Below are positions 38,144 to 47,403 of a stretch of 64,000 nt of DNA, one piece after another. The notes beneath the pieces are model-generated. The model made no database searches. It saw only the letters and a program-made list of their open reading frames with translations, and had not been told where the DNA came from. A program made the position numbers and the translations under genes. Each line of letters opens with the position of its first letter. The stretch's first letter is position 1. The stretch covers positions 1,074 through 65,073 of the forward strand of contig JAUSGO010000028.1 in the NCBI GenBank assembly GCA_030649025.1, in the 5' to 3' direction. This stretch comes from a bacterium. Its GTDB lineage: Bacteria > Patescibacteriota > Minisyncoccia > JAUYLV01.

Positions 38144-40291
38144 ATGGAAATAAACGATCAGGCAAGCGTATACTTCGCCCGCACTAACTTTCGCGGGGAA
38201 GACAGGATTTTCGGCATTAAGACCAAAGACCGCAGACAGCACATGTACGTGGTCGGCAAGACCGGCTGCGGCAAGTCGGTCATGCTTAAAAACATCGCCG
38301 TGCAGGATATTCAGAACGGCTCGGGTATTGCCGTGGTAGACCCGCATGGGGAACTCGTAGAAGAAATCCTTGCCTCCATACCCCCGCATCGTATCAACGA
38401 TGTGATTTATTTTAACCCAGCCGATGCCGAATTCCCCATTGGCTTTAACGTGCTGGAGGTTCCGGACCCGAAATACAAACATGTGGTCGCTTCGGATCTC
38501 ATGGGGATCTTCACGAAAATTTGGGCAAACGTCTGGTCGGCGCGCATGGAGTACATCATGCAAAACTGCATAATGGCCTTACTCGATACGCCCGGAACCA
38601 CCCTGCTTGGCATTCCGCGGCTTTTGGTTGACCGGGAATACCGCACGAAGATCATTGCAAACATCAAGGATCCTGTAGTGAGGGCATTCTGGACGCAGGA
38701 GTATGAGAATTATACCGACCGTTTGCGCTCGGAAGCCATCGTGCCCATCCAGAACAAAGTAGGCCAGTTCCTGAACACCTCCATGGTGCGCAATATCATG
38801 GGCCAGCCCAAAAGCGGTTTTAATGTGCAGGATGTTATGAATTCTGGAAAGATTCTCTTGGTGAACGTCTCAAAGGGACGGATTGGCGAAGATAATTCGG
38901 CATTGCTTGGCGCCATGATGATCACAAAATTACAGCTTGGCGCCATGGAAAGAGTCCGCGTTGCCGAGAAGGATCGCAAGGATTTTTATCTCTATGTTGA
39001 CGAGTTCCAGAACTTCGCGACGGATTCATTCGCTTCGGTGCTTTCGGAAGCCAGAAAATACCGACTCAATCTTGTCATTGCGCATCAATACATCGGACAG
39101 CTGGTTACCGAGCAGTCCACCAAGGTGCGGGATGCCGTATTCGGCAACGCCGGGACCATCATTACATTCCGGGTAGGAGCGGTTGATGCAGAATTTCTGG
39201 AAACAGAGTTTACTCCGGAATTCCTGCCGGAAGACCTGGTGAATCTCCCCAATTATCATATTTACACGAAACTCATGGTTGACGGCGTCACTTCTAGGCC
39301 ATTCTCCGCAACAACGCTCCCCCCCATACCGGTGGAAGAATCTGATCAAACGGTAGAAAAGATCATTAAAATATCGCGCGAGCGTTATTCTCTGCCCCGC
39401 AAAGAGGTTGAGGAGCGCATTATGCGGTGGAGCGGCATGGATTTTTCGGAAACCGAAAGCACTCCGGAAGATGAGTTTGTTTTCGGACCGAAAACTGCCG
39501 CTTCCGGACAAAGGGGAGCGTCTGACGCTCGGCAATCTGGATCTTTTTTAAACAGAAAAAACGATAAGGCTCCGAGCGTTCCTTTGCAGCTTTTCAACGC
39601 CGTATGTGCGCGATGTAAAAAACAGACCGAAGTGAATTTTCAGCCCGATGGCAGACGGCCGGTGTATTGCAAGCTATGCCTGCCCATAATCCGCTCGGAG
39701 GAGGTGAAAAAACTAAAATCCGAAACATTCGCAAGTTCCGTAGCAGAAAAACCGGCATCTCAACGAAATGTTGTCGGGGCATATGGCACGCCCCGGCCCA
39801 CCCCGCCAAATCTCCAGCAAAGCGAGCCGGCTCCCCTGCCCGCAAGGCGTCGCCCCGGCCCTGGCGCGGATTTTCCAACCGTTCGGCCAACCTCTTTTAA
39901 GGTTGCGCCCGCCGTCCCAACTAACATCGTGGATCTTTCAATCCCAAATAAAATTCAACAAGAGAAGTCAGGAATTCTCAAAGAAGTCGGGACCGGGCCG
40001 AAGGTCGGGATAAAAGCTATTTCCCTCAAGGATGCCCTTCAAATGGACGGACTGACATTTTCCGGTAAAAGACTGAAGCGAAAAGAAGTGGATCTTACGG
40101 CTTTGCGCGAAGCGCTGGGTGCATCGTTAGAATCGCGCGAGCTTCCCGATGCGCCAACTTCACCAGAACCTTACCTCGCCCCGCAGCAAGGCAGACGGGG
40201 CGAGCCGAAACATGAAACGGGCTCCGTGCCACAACACAAAGGCGCCCCACTCCGTCCGGGCCAGATTGTGACGCTTAGAGCAGAGGAGTAG
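38144..40291 (+). CDS. VirD4/TraG/TraD-like (DUF87/AAA-like) P-loop ATPase with C-terminal CxxC-x17-CxxC zinc ribbon and Pro-rich disordered tail
   Basis: Walker A VVGKTGCGKSV, VVDPHGEL, Walker B FYLYVDEFQNF, LVIAHQYIGQL (TraD/TrwB-like AHQ motif); zinc ribbon CARCKKQ...CKLC; low-complexity tail. Confidence 0.55.
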   Translation: MEINDQASVYFARTNFRGEDRIFGIKTKDRRQHMYVVGKTGCGKSVMLKNIAVQDIQNGSGIAVVDPHGELVEEILASIPPHRINDVIYFNPADAEFPIGFNVLEVPDPKYKHVVASDLMGIFTKIWANVWSARMEYIMQNCIMALLDTPGTTLLGIPRLLVDREYRTKIIANIKDPVVRAFWTQEYENYTDRLRSEAIVPIQNKVGQFLNTSMVRNIMGQPKSGFNVQDVMNSGKILLVNVSKGRIGEDNSALLGAMMITKLQLGAMERVRVAEKDRKDFYLYVDEFQNFATDSFASVLSEARKYRLNLVIAHQYIGQLVTEQSTKVRDAVFGNAGTIITFRVGAVDAEFLETEFTPEFLPEDLVNLPNYHIYTKLMVDGVTSRPFSATTLPPIPVEESDQTVEKIIKISRERYSLPRKEVEERIMRWSGMDFSETESTPEDEFVFGPKTAASGQRGASDARQSGSFLNRKNDKAPSVPLQLFNAVCARCKKQTEVNFQPDGRRPVYCKLCLPIIRSEEVKKLKSETFASSVAEKPASQRNVVGAYGTPRPTPPNLQQSEPAPLPARRRPGPGADFPTVRPTSFKVAPAVPTNIVDLSIPNKIQQEKSGILKEVGTGPKVGIKAISLKDALQMDGLTFSGKRLKRKEVDLTALREALGASLESRELPDAPTSPEPYLAPQQGRRGEPKHETGSVPQHKGAPLRPGQIVTLRAEE

Positions 40292-40416
40292 CACGTACGC
40301 CCCATAGCTAGACATCCGAAGACATTCGGATGTTTTGTTTTTTTGACTTTTTCTAGATAGCCGGCTATGATACGCCGTTGGTTCATTGAAATTATTCTTG
40401 ATAGAAGGGGGTAGTA

Positions 40417-41772
40417 ATGGTGACAAAAAGACCAATCCTCGAGATTCCCGGTCCAAAAGCCCGGGAAGTCATTGAACGACAGAAAAAGTACACGGCAACA
40501 ACAACGGTGGATTCTCCTTTGGTAGCGAAGCGTGGAAATGGAGTTTGGCTTACAACTGTCGACGATCAATTGGTGCTGGACGGAACAAGTGGCGTTGGCG
40601 TCTCCGGTCTTGGTTACGGAAATGTCGGACTGATACGCGCGGTCATTGATGAGCTCATGAATCGCATTCCACAGTTTATCGCGAATGATTTTCCTGGGGA
40701 GACGCCTTCACTGCTTGCCGAGAAGCTCTCAACGTTCGTTCATGTGATAAAACCGTCCGGAGGCGTTGCAAAAACCTGTTTCGCGAATGATGGCACCGGC
40801 GCAAATGAAACGGCAGTGAAACTCCTCTTACATACCCAGCCGGGTAAAAATGTCTTTCTCGCATTCGTCGGCGCATTCCATGGACGCACCGGCTTCTCGC
40901 TTCCGCTCATGGGAAGCAAATCTATTCATACGCGGGATTTTCCGAAAGCCTATACGGTGCTCCATGTGCCATTCCCCGAACAGGGAAAGAGTTCCTGGTA
41001 TGGAAACCGGGCTATTGAATGGGAGCGCTGCATTGATGCGTTCATAGAGCGGGAATACTTCGGCAGCGTGGTTGACCCAAAGAAAATCGCCGGCATATTC
41101 CTCGAGATAGTGCAGGGCGAGGGAGGAATCCGCCCCATATCGCCCGAAGGTTTGTGGCGCATAATAAAGCTCTCCAGAAAATATGACATTCCCATCGTGG
41201 TTGACGAGGTCCAGACGGGCTTCGGGAGAACGGGGAAGCTTTTCGCCTTCGAGCGTTATGATTTTGAGCCACATGTGGTCACCATGGCAAAGAGCTTCAC
41301 CCAACTGGTCCCGGGGGGCGCTACGGTATTCGGAGAGCAGTATGATTTCAAGGAAGAGGGGGTTCATTCGGGAACATTCCAGGGAAATGCCATGGCGTGC
41401 CGGGCGGCACTGCAAGTCATCGCGGCGTTTGAAGACGGAAGCCTTCTTGCGCATGTAAACGAAATGTCGGGAGTTTTGAAAGATCTTGCGGACCGTTTTG
41501 CTTCATACGCCGAAAGAAAACTGCATGGCGCCGTCCGCGACGTGCGAGGACTCGGGCTTATGTATGGAATCGAGTTCGGTGATGCGAAATTTCGTGACGA
41601 AGTTTTGCATCGCTCTCTTATTCGCGGCCTCAACCTTATCGGTGCCGGCCACAAAGAGAAGAACCCGACGATCCGTCTTTTGCCGCCGCTTATCATTCGG
41701 AAGGCGGAACTAAAGGAAATGTTCGAAATCCTTCACGAAGCTTTCGATGCCACGGTAGATCTTATAAGATGA
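40417..41772 (+). CDS. class III pyridoxal-phosphate-dependent aminotransferase (acetylornithine/GABA aminotransferase family)
   Basis: VVDEVQTGFGRTGKLFAFE, PLP-lysine context MAKSFTQLVPGGA. Confidence 0.75.
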   Translation: MVTKRPILEIPGPKAREVIERQKKYTATTTVDSPLVAKRGNGVWLTTVDDQLVLDGTSGVGVSGLGYGNVGLIRAVIDELMNRIPQFIANDFPGETPSLLAEKLSTFVHVIKPSGGVAKTCFANDGTGANETAVKLLLHTQPGKNVFLAFVGAFHGRTGFSLPLMGSKSIHTRDFPKAYTVLHVPFPEQGKSSWYGNRAIEWERCIDAFIEREYFGSVVDPKKIAGIFLEIVQGEGGIRPISPEGLWRIIKLSRKYDIPIVVDEVQTGFGRTGKLFAFERYDFEPHVVTMAKSFTQLVPGGATVFGEQYDFKEEGVHSGTFQGNAMACRAALQVIAAFEDGSLLAHVNEMSGVLKDLADRFASYAERKLHGAVRDVRGLGLMYGIEFGDAKFRDEVLHRSLIRGLNLIGAGHKEKNPTIRLLPPLIIRKAELKEMFEILHEAFDATVDLIR

Positions 41773-41834
41773 TTGTTTTTACGAAAAACGCCGCAGAGAA
41801 TGCGGCGCTTCTTTTTTGCAAGTTTTACTATTAT

Positions 41835-42404
41835 TTATGCTTTTTCAACCCGTTCCACATATTCTTTTAAGGCGGTGTTCACACGAATAATGTCACCCTC
41901 TTCAATAAAGAGCGGCGCCTGTACAGTAAATCCTGTTTCCAATTTCACTGCTTTGGTCCCGCCTTGCGCGGTATTCCCCCGAATGGAGGGCGGAGCCTCT
42001 ATGACCCTGAGGTCCATTTTAGGAGGAAGTTCGATATTCAAAATTTCTTCCCCGAAACGGATAGCATCTGCCTCACCGTTCGGTCTAAGGAACGAGGTTG
42101 TGTCGCCGAGTTGCTCTTGGCTGAAGGTGATGCGATTTTTTGGATTCCCCTTCTCATGGAATGTAAATTGTCCCCGGTGGCCGAACAGAAATACCACCTT
42201 CATGCGGTTGATATCGGCCTCCTCAAAAACTTCGCCTTGCTGGAAATTCTGTTCAAAAACCTGTCCTGTTTTGAGGTTCCGGATCTTTGTCTGCATAACA
42301 GGCCTTCTCTGTTGCATTTTTAGGTGATTTGACCAAAGCACCACATGCGGGTCCCCGCCGTAGACGAATAATGCCCCCGATTTGAGATCGTTTGTTCCGA
42401 GCAT
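41835..42404 (-). CDS. efp: elongation factor P
   Basis: About 189 aa; KSGALFVYGGDPHVV...KMQQRRPVMQTKIRNLKTG (EF-P KOW domain), OB domains. Confidence 0.85.
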   Translation of the reverse strand: MLGTNDLKSGALFVYGGDPHVVLWSNHLKMQQRRPVMQTKIRNLKTGQVFEQNFQQGEVFEEADINRMKVVFLFGHRGQFTFHEKGNPKNRITFSQEQLGDTTSFLRPNGEADAIRFGEEILNIELPPKMDLRVIEAPPSIRGNTAQGGTKAVKLETGFTVQAPLFIEEGDIIRVNTALKEYVERVEKA

Positions 42405-42616
42405 AGAAGAAAATTACACCCCACCTATTGTATCCGAACTTCCGTTTTTGGCAATACCGTTGGGCAGACAACCGAAGCGTCCATCGTCGCACGGCCAAGA
42501 TTTTCTGTCTTCGCTGATGGCTAGGCATATTGCGAGCTGGGGATAGTAATGCCTATCCAAAAAGCTCGCGGCGTGCTATACTATAAACATGGTTCGTTAT
42601 CATTAAGAATACGTTT

Positions 42617-42730
42617 ATGGATGTCCAACAACAGGAATTCAACGCAACTCCTGTACTTATCAACCTAGGACTCTTTTTGATTATGGCAACCTATATGGCT
42701 GCCGCCCTAGGTTTCGTGCTTGCGCGCTAG
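42617..42730 (+). CDS. small hydrophobic peptide (37 aa) with own promoter-like and terminator signals; not in ORF track
   Basis: MDVQQQEFNATPVLINLGLFLIMATYMAAALGFVLAR; upstream TATACT; downstream hairpin gccgctc-ccatga-gagcggc + T-run. Confidence 0.3.
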   Translation: MDVQQQEFNATPVLINLGLFLIMATYMAAALGFVLAR

Positions 42731-42755
42731 GCGCCGAGCACTAAAAAAATCGAGC

Positions 42756-42790
42756 GCCGCTCCCATGAGAGCGGCCTCTTTTTTATTTCA
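42756..42790 (+). terminator. rho-independent terminator after small peptide ORF
   Basis: gccgctc-ccatga-gagcggc followed by ctcttttttattt. Confidence 0.5.
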
Positions 42791-42829
42791 TCTCTAGGCT
42801 TGCTCAATAAGACTCACTACGGCCAGTCA

Positions 42830-43246
42830 TCAATTTTTCAATACTTCTTCAATTCTTAATTTAATTGCCCCTACTACCTCTGCCGGAGCAGAAAAGCCAT
42901 GGTCAGTTTTGTAGTTATGGCCGTACAGCCCGTCCTCGAAAAAGATTCCTTCAAACTCTTTCGGTTTGGCATAACGCGGAATGAAGTGTCCATGTAAATG
43001 CCTTGTCTCGTTACCAAGGAAGGCATAGTTCAGCCAATCCGGCTGAAATGCTTTTTGAATTGCGCCCCCGAGTTCTCTTAGAACAACGAACAGCTCTCGC
43101 TGTTCTTCTGGAGTTGCGTCGGCCAAATCCAAAGCATCCTCTCGGTTACACCAGACGACACAACGCCCAAGATAGCTTTGATTCTGATGAAGGAAAATTG
43201 ACCAGTATGTATAGTCCTTAATTTTATATTTTGAAAAATCTTCCAT
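42830..43246 (-). CDS. HIT (histidine triad) family hydrolase
   Basis: HLHGHFIPR histidine-triad motif near C-terminus; about 138 aa. Confidence 0.7.
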   Translation of the reverse strand: MEDFSKYKIKDYTYWSIFLHQNQSYLGRCVVWCNREDALDLADATPEEQRELFVVLRELGGAIQKAFQPDWLNYAFLGNETRHLHGHFIPRYAKPKEFEGIFFEDGLYGHNYKTDHGFSAPAEVVGAIKLRIEEVLKN

Positions 43247-43444
43247 AGATTATGGTAAATATGCGTAGTTTGTTATGGATTGGTGCGGCGGGAGAGAGCG
43301 CTTGTCCTGAGCTCGTCGAAGAGATGTTTGAACGATGCTCGCTCCAGTCATTTTCTCTGACGGAGCAGCTCCCCATTCACTCGTAATGGTTTAATGGCTT
43401 GGAATCGCCCGAACCAGAGAAGCGCTATGTAAAACAAAAACGAA

Positions 43445-43930
43445 CTATTTAGCGCCCGCCTGACGATTCCTATTCCAGCCCCAGTCGTCCCAGTATTTTG
43501 AAATTAAAGACCTCCCCTCTTTACTATCCAAAATAAAATAAACAGCGGCGTCATCTTGTTTTTCGCCTTGCGAAAATGCGCGGAATTCCAAACTCCTCGG
43601 GCTTTCTTTCGATACGTGTGTAATGCCTAGCTGTTTCGCACGCTTAACGGTTTTATCCACGAGCTTGTCAACCACAAAATAAGGAAGCACCCCGACAGGC
43701 GGAAGCTCTAACTTTCTTGATTCTATCCATAAACCCATGACTTCTTTTAGTTTTTCCGGTGTTTCTGCATTATGTCGATCAACCGCCTCCTGCAGGGTTT
43801 GCGGCATTTTGTCCGACCGCTTCTTTTTGCCAGAAGACTCGTCTGGCAACCCGGCCCCAGCCGTTCTTTCCAATTCTTCCCTTAATTCTTCGGGGAGGTG
43901 CTTCGCCCAAGGTGAGAATTCTTCTTTCAT
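43445..43930 (-). CDS. hypothetical protein
   Basis: 161-aa ORF, charged, no motif. Confidence 0.4.
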   Translation of the reverse strand: MKEEFSPWAKHLPEELREELERTAGAGLPDESSGKKKRSDKMPQTLQEAVDRHNAETPEKLKEVMGLWIESRKLELPPVGVLPYFVVDKLVDKTVKRAKQLGITHVSKESPRSLEFRAFSQGEKQDDAAVYFILDSKEGRSLISKYWDDWGWNRNRQAGAK

Positions 43931-44132
43931 GTTTATTGATAGTTATGTTCTTGTACGCACGCTAAAAATCAGACTATAACTACTAGATTGCCTCACTAAA
44001 ATCAATTGTTGGTGCAGTATTCTTGAATTAGTCCGAACGCATTTTTCCGAAAAAATCCCCTCGAGAAAATTCGGAACGGTGGCGGAGCTGCGCCGCTGAC
44101 AATTTCAAGTTTTTCTTTGGCGGCAAATTATT

Positions 44133-44573
44133 TTAAAGGATGAAAAAAACTAAAAGCAAAAAGCTTGTAAAAATAAGTTCCTGTATCGAAAAATACTTTA
44201 TTATGGGCTTCCGCAGATTAATTTTGTTGATTGGAAAAAGTGGAAAAAGATCTGCATTATTGAGAGCATCTAAAACTAAATGGGCTAGATACGCAAAGCC
44301 AAATATTAAACCAATCCCTTTATCTAATATGAGAACTAGTATGGAAATAGCCGCCCATGAGAATACGTTGTGTAAAAAACGATGGTCACCCCTGGGATCG
44401 CGTCGCTCCATCATGGCAACTGCCAGTTTTTTGGGTTTGAATAAAATTCCATGTTTGAAATATGATATTACATGGTCCAAATCAATTGCCATTGAACCAA
44501 TTAGTGAAGCTGGATAATTACCCGTTAGCTTACCTATAATTAGACCCGCAATGAAGTGTGTTGGTAATAGCAT
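44133..44573 (-). CDS. DUF457/YdjM-like membrane-bound metal-dependent hydrolase family protein (AT-rich gene)
   Basis: MLLPTHFIAGLIIGKL...AIDLDHV...LHNVFSWAA pattern of YdjM family; GC clearly lower than neighbours. Confidence 0.55.
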   Translation of the reverse strand: MLLPTHFIAGLIIGKLTGNYPASLIGSMAIDLDHVISYFKHGILFKPKKLAVAMMERRDPRGDHRFLHNVFSWAAISILVLILDKGIGLIFGFAYLAHLVLDALNNADLFPLFPINKINLRKPIIKYFSIQELIFTSFLLLVFFIL

Positions 44574-44753
44574 ACGTGTTAATTATCTCAAAAATAAAAT
44601 GATTAAAAAATTTTCTTCCCCCAAATCGGGAAACCGTGAATTCGTTTTTACCCCCAAAATTGAATACAAATTAGTCGCCAAGCAAGGCGAACCTTTCAAA
44701 CTTACAATTTCCTTTTTGGTGCCGCGGGAGAGAGTCGAACTCTCATGAGGTTA

Positions 44754-44831
44754 TCCTGGGCGGATTATTATTTTTCAGAAACATCGTAGCCGCCCGCGAC
44801 ATCTGAAATCGTTCAGATGTCGCCCCTCGCA
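44754..44831 (-). repeat. tRNA-associated two-hairpin structured element, copy B
   Basis: 12-bp hairpin GCGACATCTGAA-CGAT-TTCAGATGTCGC; stem GGGCGG/CCGCCC closing 26-nt loop with GTTTCTGAAAAATAATAAT. Confidence 0.6.
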
Positions 44832-44862
44832 GCATTTTGAGTGCTGTGCGTCTGCCATTTTC

Positions 44863-44929
44863 TCCTGGGCGACCGACCATTTTCAAGAAGCATTGTAGTC
44901 GCCCGCGAAATGGTCTCCCAGACCATTTC
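44863..44929 (-). repeat. tRNA-associated two-hairpin structured element, copy C
   Basis: 10-bp hairpin GAAATGGTCT-GGG-AGACCATTTC; stem GGGCGAC/GTCGCCC closing 24-nt loop with GCTTCTTGAAAATGG. Confidence 0.55.
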
Positions 44930-44950
44930 TCCCACCTTGGCGCACCCAAT

Positions 44951-45031
44951 GTGCCCGGGAGAGGAGTCGAACCTCCATGCCTTGCGGCACACGATTTTGA
45001 GTCGTGCGTGTCTGCCATTCCACCACCCGGG
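44951..45031 (-). tRNA. tRNA-Leu(CAA), type II, CCA not encoded
   Basis: GCCCGGG-TG-GTG-GAATGGCAGA-CAC-G-CACGA-CTCAAAA-TCGTG-[TGCCGCAAGGCAT]-GGAGG-TTCGACT-CCTCT-CCCGGGC-A. Confidence 0.8.
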
Positions 45032-45111
45032 CGCTCAAACAGATACGTTTATTCTACTGAATTTTTTCGTATTGTCAAAGCGTGGTTTTCTTGTTACACT
45101 GGGTGAGTCGT

Positions 45112-45969
45112 ATGCCAAAAATCATATCAATGGTAAATCAAAAAGGGGGCGTCGGGAAAACGACGTCCTGCGTGAATCTTTCGGCATACCTTGCGGCGCT
45201 TGGCAAGCGAGTTCTTATTGTTGATATTGATCCGCAGGCGAACGCTTCAAGCGGCATCGGCATACGCCACGAATCGCTTGAAGCGCATATGTACCACGTA
45301 CTCATCGGCGAAGCGCATCCGGAAGGCGTCATACGGCACACGTCGCTTTTTTCTTGCGACCTCCTGCCATCGGCTCCGGATCTTGCCGGAGCGGCCATCG
45401 AGTTGGTTTCGATGCCCAATCGCGAATTCAAGTTACATGAAGCCCTCAAAAATATCGTTACCCCCTATGATTACATTCTCATTGATTCCCCCCCCTCGCT
45501 CGGTCTTCTTACGGTAAACGGCCTTGTCGCCGCAGACGAGATCATCATTCCGGTACAATGCGAATACTATGCCCTGGAAGGACTTGGACAACTGCTTAAA
45601 ACCGTTGAGCTTGTGCGCGAACACCTTGAAAAAGATATTAAAGTCATGGGTGTTCTGCTCACCATGTATGATCGCAGAAATCGCCTTGCGCGTCTCGTAG
45701 AAAAAGAGGTTCGGCGCAATTTCCCGGGGTATGTTTTCGATACGGTCATTCCGCGCAACGTGGAGCTGGCGGAGGCGCCGAGTTTCGGTAAAACCATCTT
45801 GCAGTATGAGCCCGCAAGCCGCGGCGCGCGCTCGTATCGCCAGCTGGCGGAGGAATTTTTGAGAATTGATGTTGCGCCATCCCCTTCGCCCGAAACGGTG
45901 AAAGTCTCCGAAATCCCCGTTGAAGCTGGGCGCGAAATACAACCTCCGGCTACTCATCTAATGATTTAA
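45112..45969 (+). CDS. parA: chromosome partitioning ATPase ParA/Soj
   Basis: Deviant Walker A NQKGGVGKTTSCVNLSAYLA, DIDPQANAS; start at ATG 45112 (ORF begins at GTG 45082). Confidence 0.85.
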   Translation: MPKIISMVNQKGGVGKTTSCVNLSAYLAALGKRVLIVDIDPQANASSGIGIRHESLEAHMYHVLIGEAHPEGVIRHTSLFSCDLLPSAPDLAGAAIELVSMPNREFKLHEALKNIVTPYDYILIDSPPSLGLLTVNGLVAADEIIIPVQCEYYALEGLGQLLKTVELVREHLEKDIKVMGVLLTMYDRRNRLARLVEKEVRRNFPGYVFDTVIPRNVELAEAPSFGKTILQYEPASRGARSYRQLAEEFLRIDVAPSPSPETVKVSEIPVEAGREIQPPATHLMI

Positions 45970-45978
45970 TGCACATCG

Positions 45979-47004
45979 ATGAATAAATCAATTCTTGGAA
46001 GGGGGCTTTCGTCCCTCATTCCACAAAAAAATACGGGTGCCGCTTCTCCAAACAAGGAAAACGAGAAAACGGAACAACCAAAAAATGAGGCTCCGGGCGT
46101 TCCAAAAGCCGACGGACGAATTGCGGAAAAAGCTCTTTCGGCGTCCTTTGGACGCTCCGGTACAATAGATTCAAAAATAAAAACAGCCGATGAAAGCGTA
46201 TTTTATATAGAAGTGGAGAAAATACACCCGAACTCCCAACAACCCAGGCGCGATTTTGACGAAGAATCGCTTAAGGACCTTGCCGAATCCATCCGAAGAC
46301 ACGGCATCATACAGCCGCTCATAGTTACCAAACACGAACACCAGACGCCGCGAGGGCAGGAAGTATTTTATGAACTTGTCGCAGGAGAACGAAGGCTTCG
46401 CGCGTCCAAACTCTCCGGCCTCAGACATGTACCGGTCATCATTCGCGGGGTTACCGAGGAACAGCAAAAGCTCGAGGTAGCCCTTGTGGAGAATCTGCAA
46501 CGGCACGACCTGGGAGCGCTGGAAGAAGCACGCGCCTTTCGAAAACTTATGGACACGTTCGGTCTCACGCAACAGGAGGTGTCGCTGCGCGTGGGTAAAT
46601 CGCGACCCTCCGTTGCCAACGCAATGCGGCTTTTGGACCTTCCTCAAGAGATGCAGAAAGGTCTTTCGGAAGGAAAAATAACCGAAGGGCACGCACGGGC
46701 ATTATTGGGGCTGAAAGATGTAATGCATCAACTATCATTATATAAAGATGTTGTGGAGAAGAACTTGAGCGTGCGAGAGGTTGAGGACGTGGTGCGCGAG
46801 GAGGCGGTAAAAGTCGGGACTCGAAAAGCAAAAGAACCGCGCGTACCAGACCCGGAAGTGCGCGAATTCCAAACAAAGCTTGCCGATGCCTTAGGCACGC
46901 GAGTACACGTGAAAGGGAAAGTGAGCCGCGGAAAGATTGTGGTGGAATTCTATAGCCGCGAGGAACTGCAAAATATCATCGGGAAGATAGCCGGAGAAAA
47001 ATAA
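45979..47004 (+). CDS. parB: ParB/Spo0J chromosome partitioning protein
   Basis: ParB box GIIQPLIV...GERRLRA, HTH region LTQQEVSLRVGKSRPSVANAMRLLDLP. Confidence 0.85.
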   Translation: MNKSILGRGLSSLIPQKNTGAASPNKENEKTEQPKNEAPGVPKADGRIAEKALSASFGRSGTIDSKIKTADESVFYIEVEKIHPNSQQPRRDFDEESLKDLAESIRRHGIIQPLIVTKHEHQTPRGQEVFYELVAGERRLRASKLSGLRHVPVIIRGVTEEQQKLEVALVENLQRHDLGALEEARAFRKLMDTFGLTQQEVSLRVGKSRPSVANAMRLLDLPQEMQKGLSEGKITEGHARALLGLKDVMHQLSLYKDVVEKNLSVREVEDVVREEAVKVGTRKAKEPRVPDPEVREFQTKLADALGTRVHVKGKVSRGKIVVEFYSREELQNIIGKIAGEK

Positions 47005-47130
47005 GCTTTTTTCTACCTCATAGCTGTCGGTGCCAATAATACGCTATAGCGCATTATTGGCACCGTACGCTTCGCGCGCAATAAAACTTCAGAAAAAGAA
47101 AATGCCTTCTTACAAAGAAGGCATTTGCGG

Positions 47131-47337
47131 TCATCCGGACAATACAACGTCCGTTATGTCATTTTCGGAAACATTCTCGTACCCCGCAGGTAATTCGACG
47201 ATCTCGCCATCAAATATCGTAACGCGCCTCATCGCACGGCCATCCTGCAGGCTGATGTCAACGATCTGATACCCCATGCCGGATTCCGGCATCCTCACAA
47301 GCTTATCTCTCCACTTCCCTTTTAATATGAGCTCCAA
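47131..47337 (-). CDS. hypothetical small protein
   Basis: 68-aa ORF between parB and rel; no motif. Confidence 0.3.
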   Translation of the reverse strand: MELILKGKWRDKLVRMPESGMGYQIVDISLQDGRAMRRVTIFDGEIVELPAGYENVSENDITDVVLSG

Positions 47338-47403
47338 TTTCGACCTCCTTTCCGAATTTCATTCTAAAGTCTGGCACATTTTCTGATGCGTCTCAACAAT
47401 ATA

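Larger units (their letters stand above)
44716..44950 (-). other. chimeric tRNA-Leu(CAA)-like paralog interrupted by structured elements C and B: D-loop + anticodon arm (44826-44862), element B at the variable-arm position, T-arm + acceptor 3' strand + encoded CCA (44716-44743)
   Basis: Minus-strand read: [elem C]-AGGAG-AAAATGGCAGA-CGC-A-CAGCA-CTCAAAA-TGCTG-[elem B]-AGGATAACCTCAT-GAGAG-TTCGACT-CTCTC-CCGCGGC-A-CCA; anticodon CAA and D-loop identical to true tRNA-Leu, stems changed in pairs. Confidence 0.5.
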
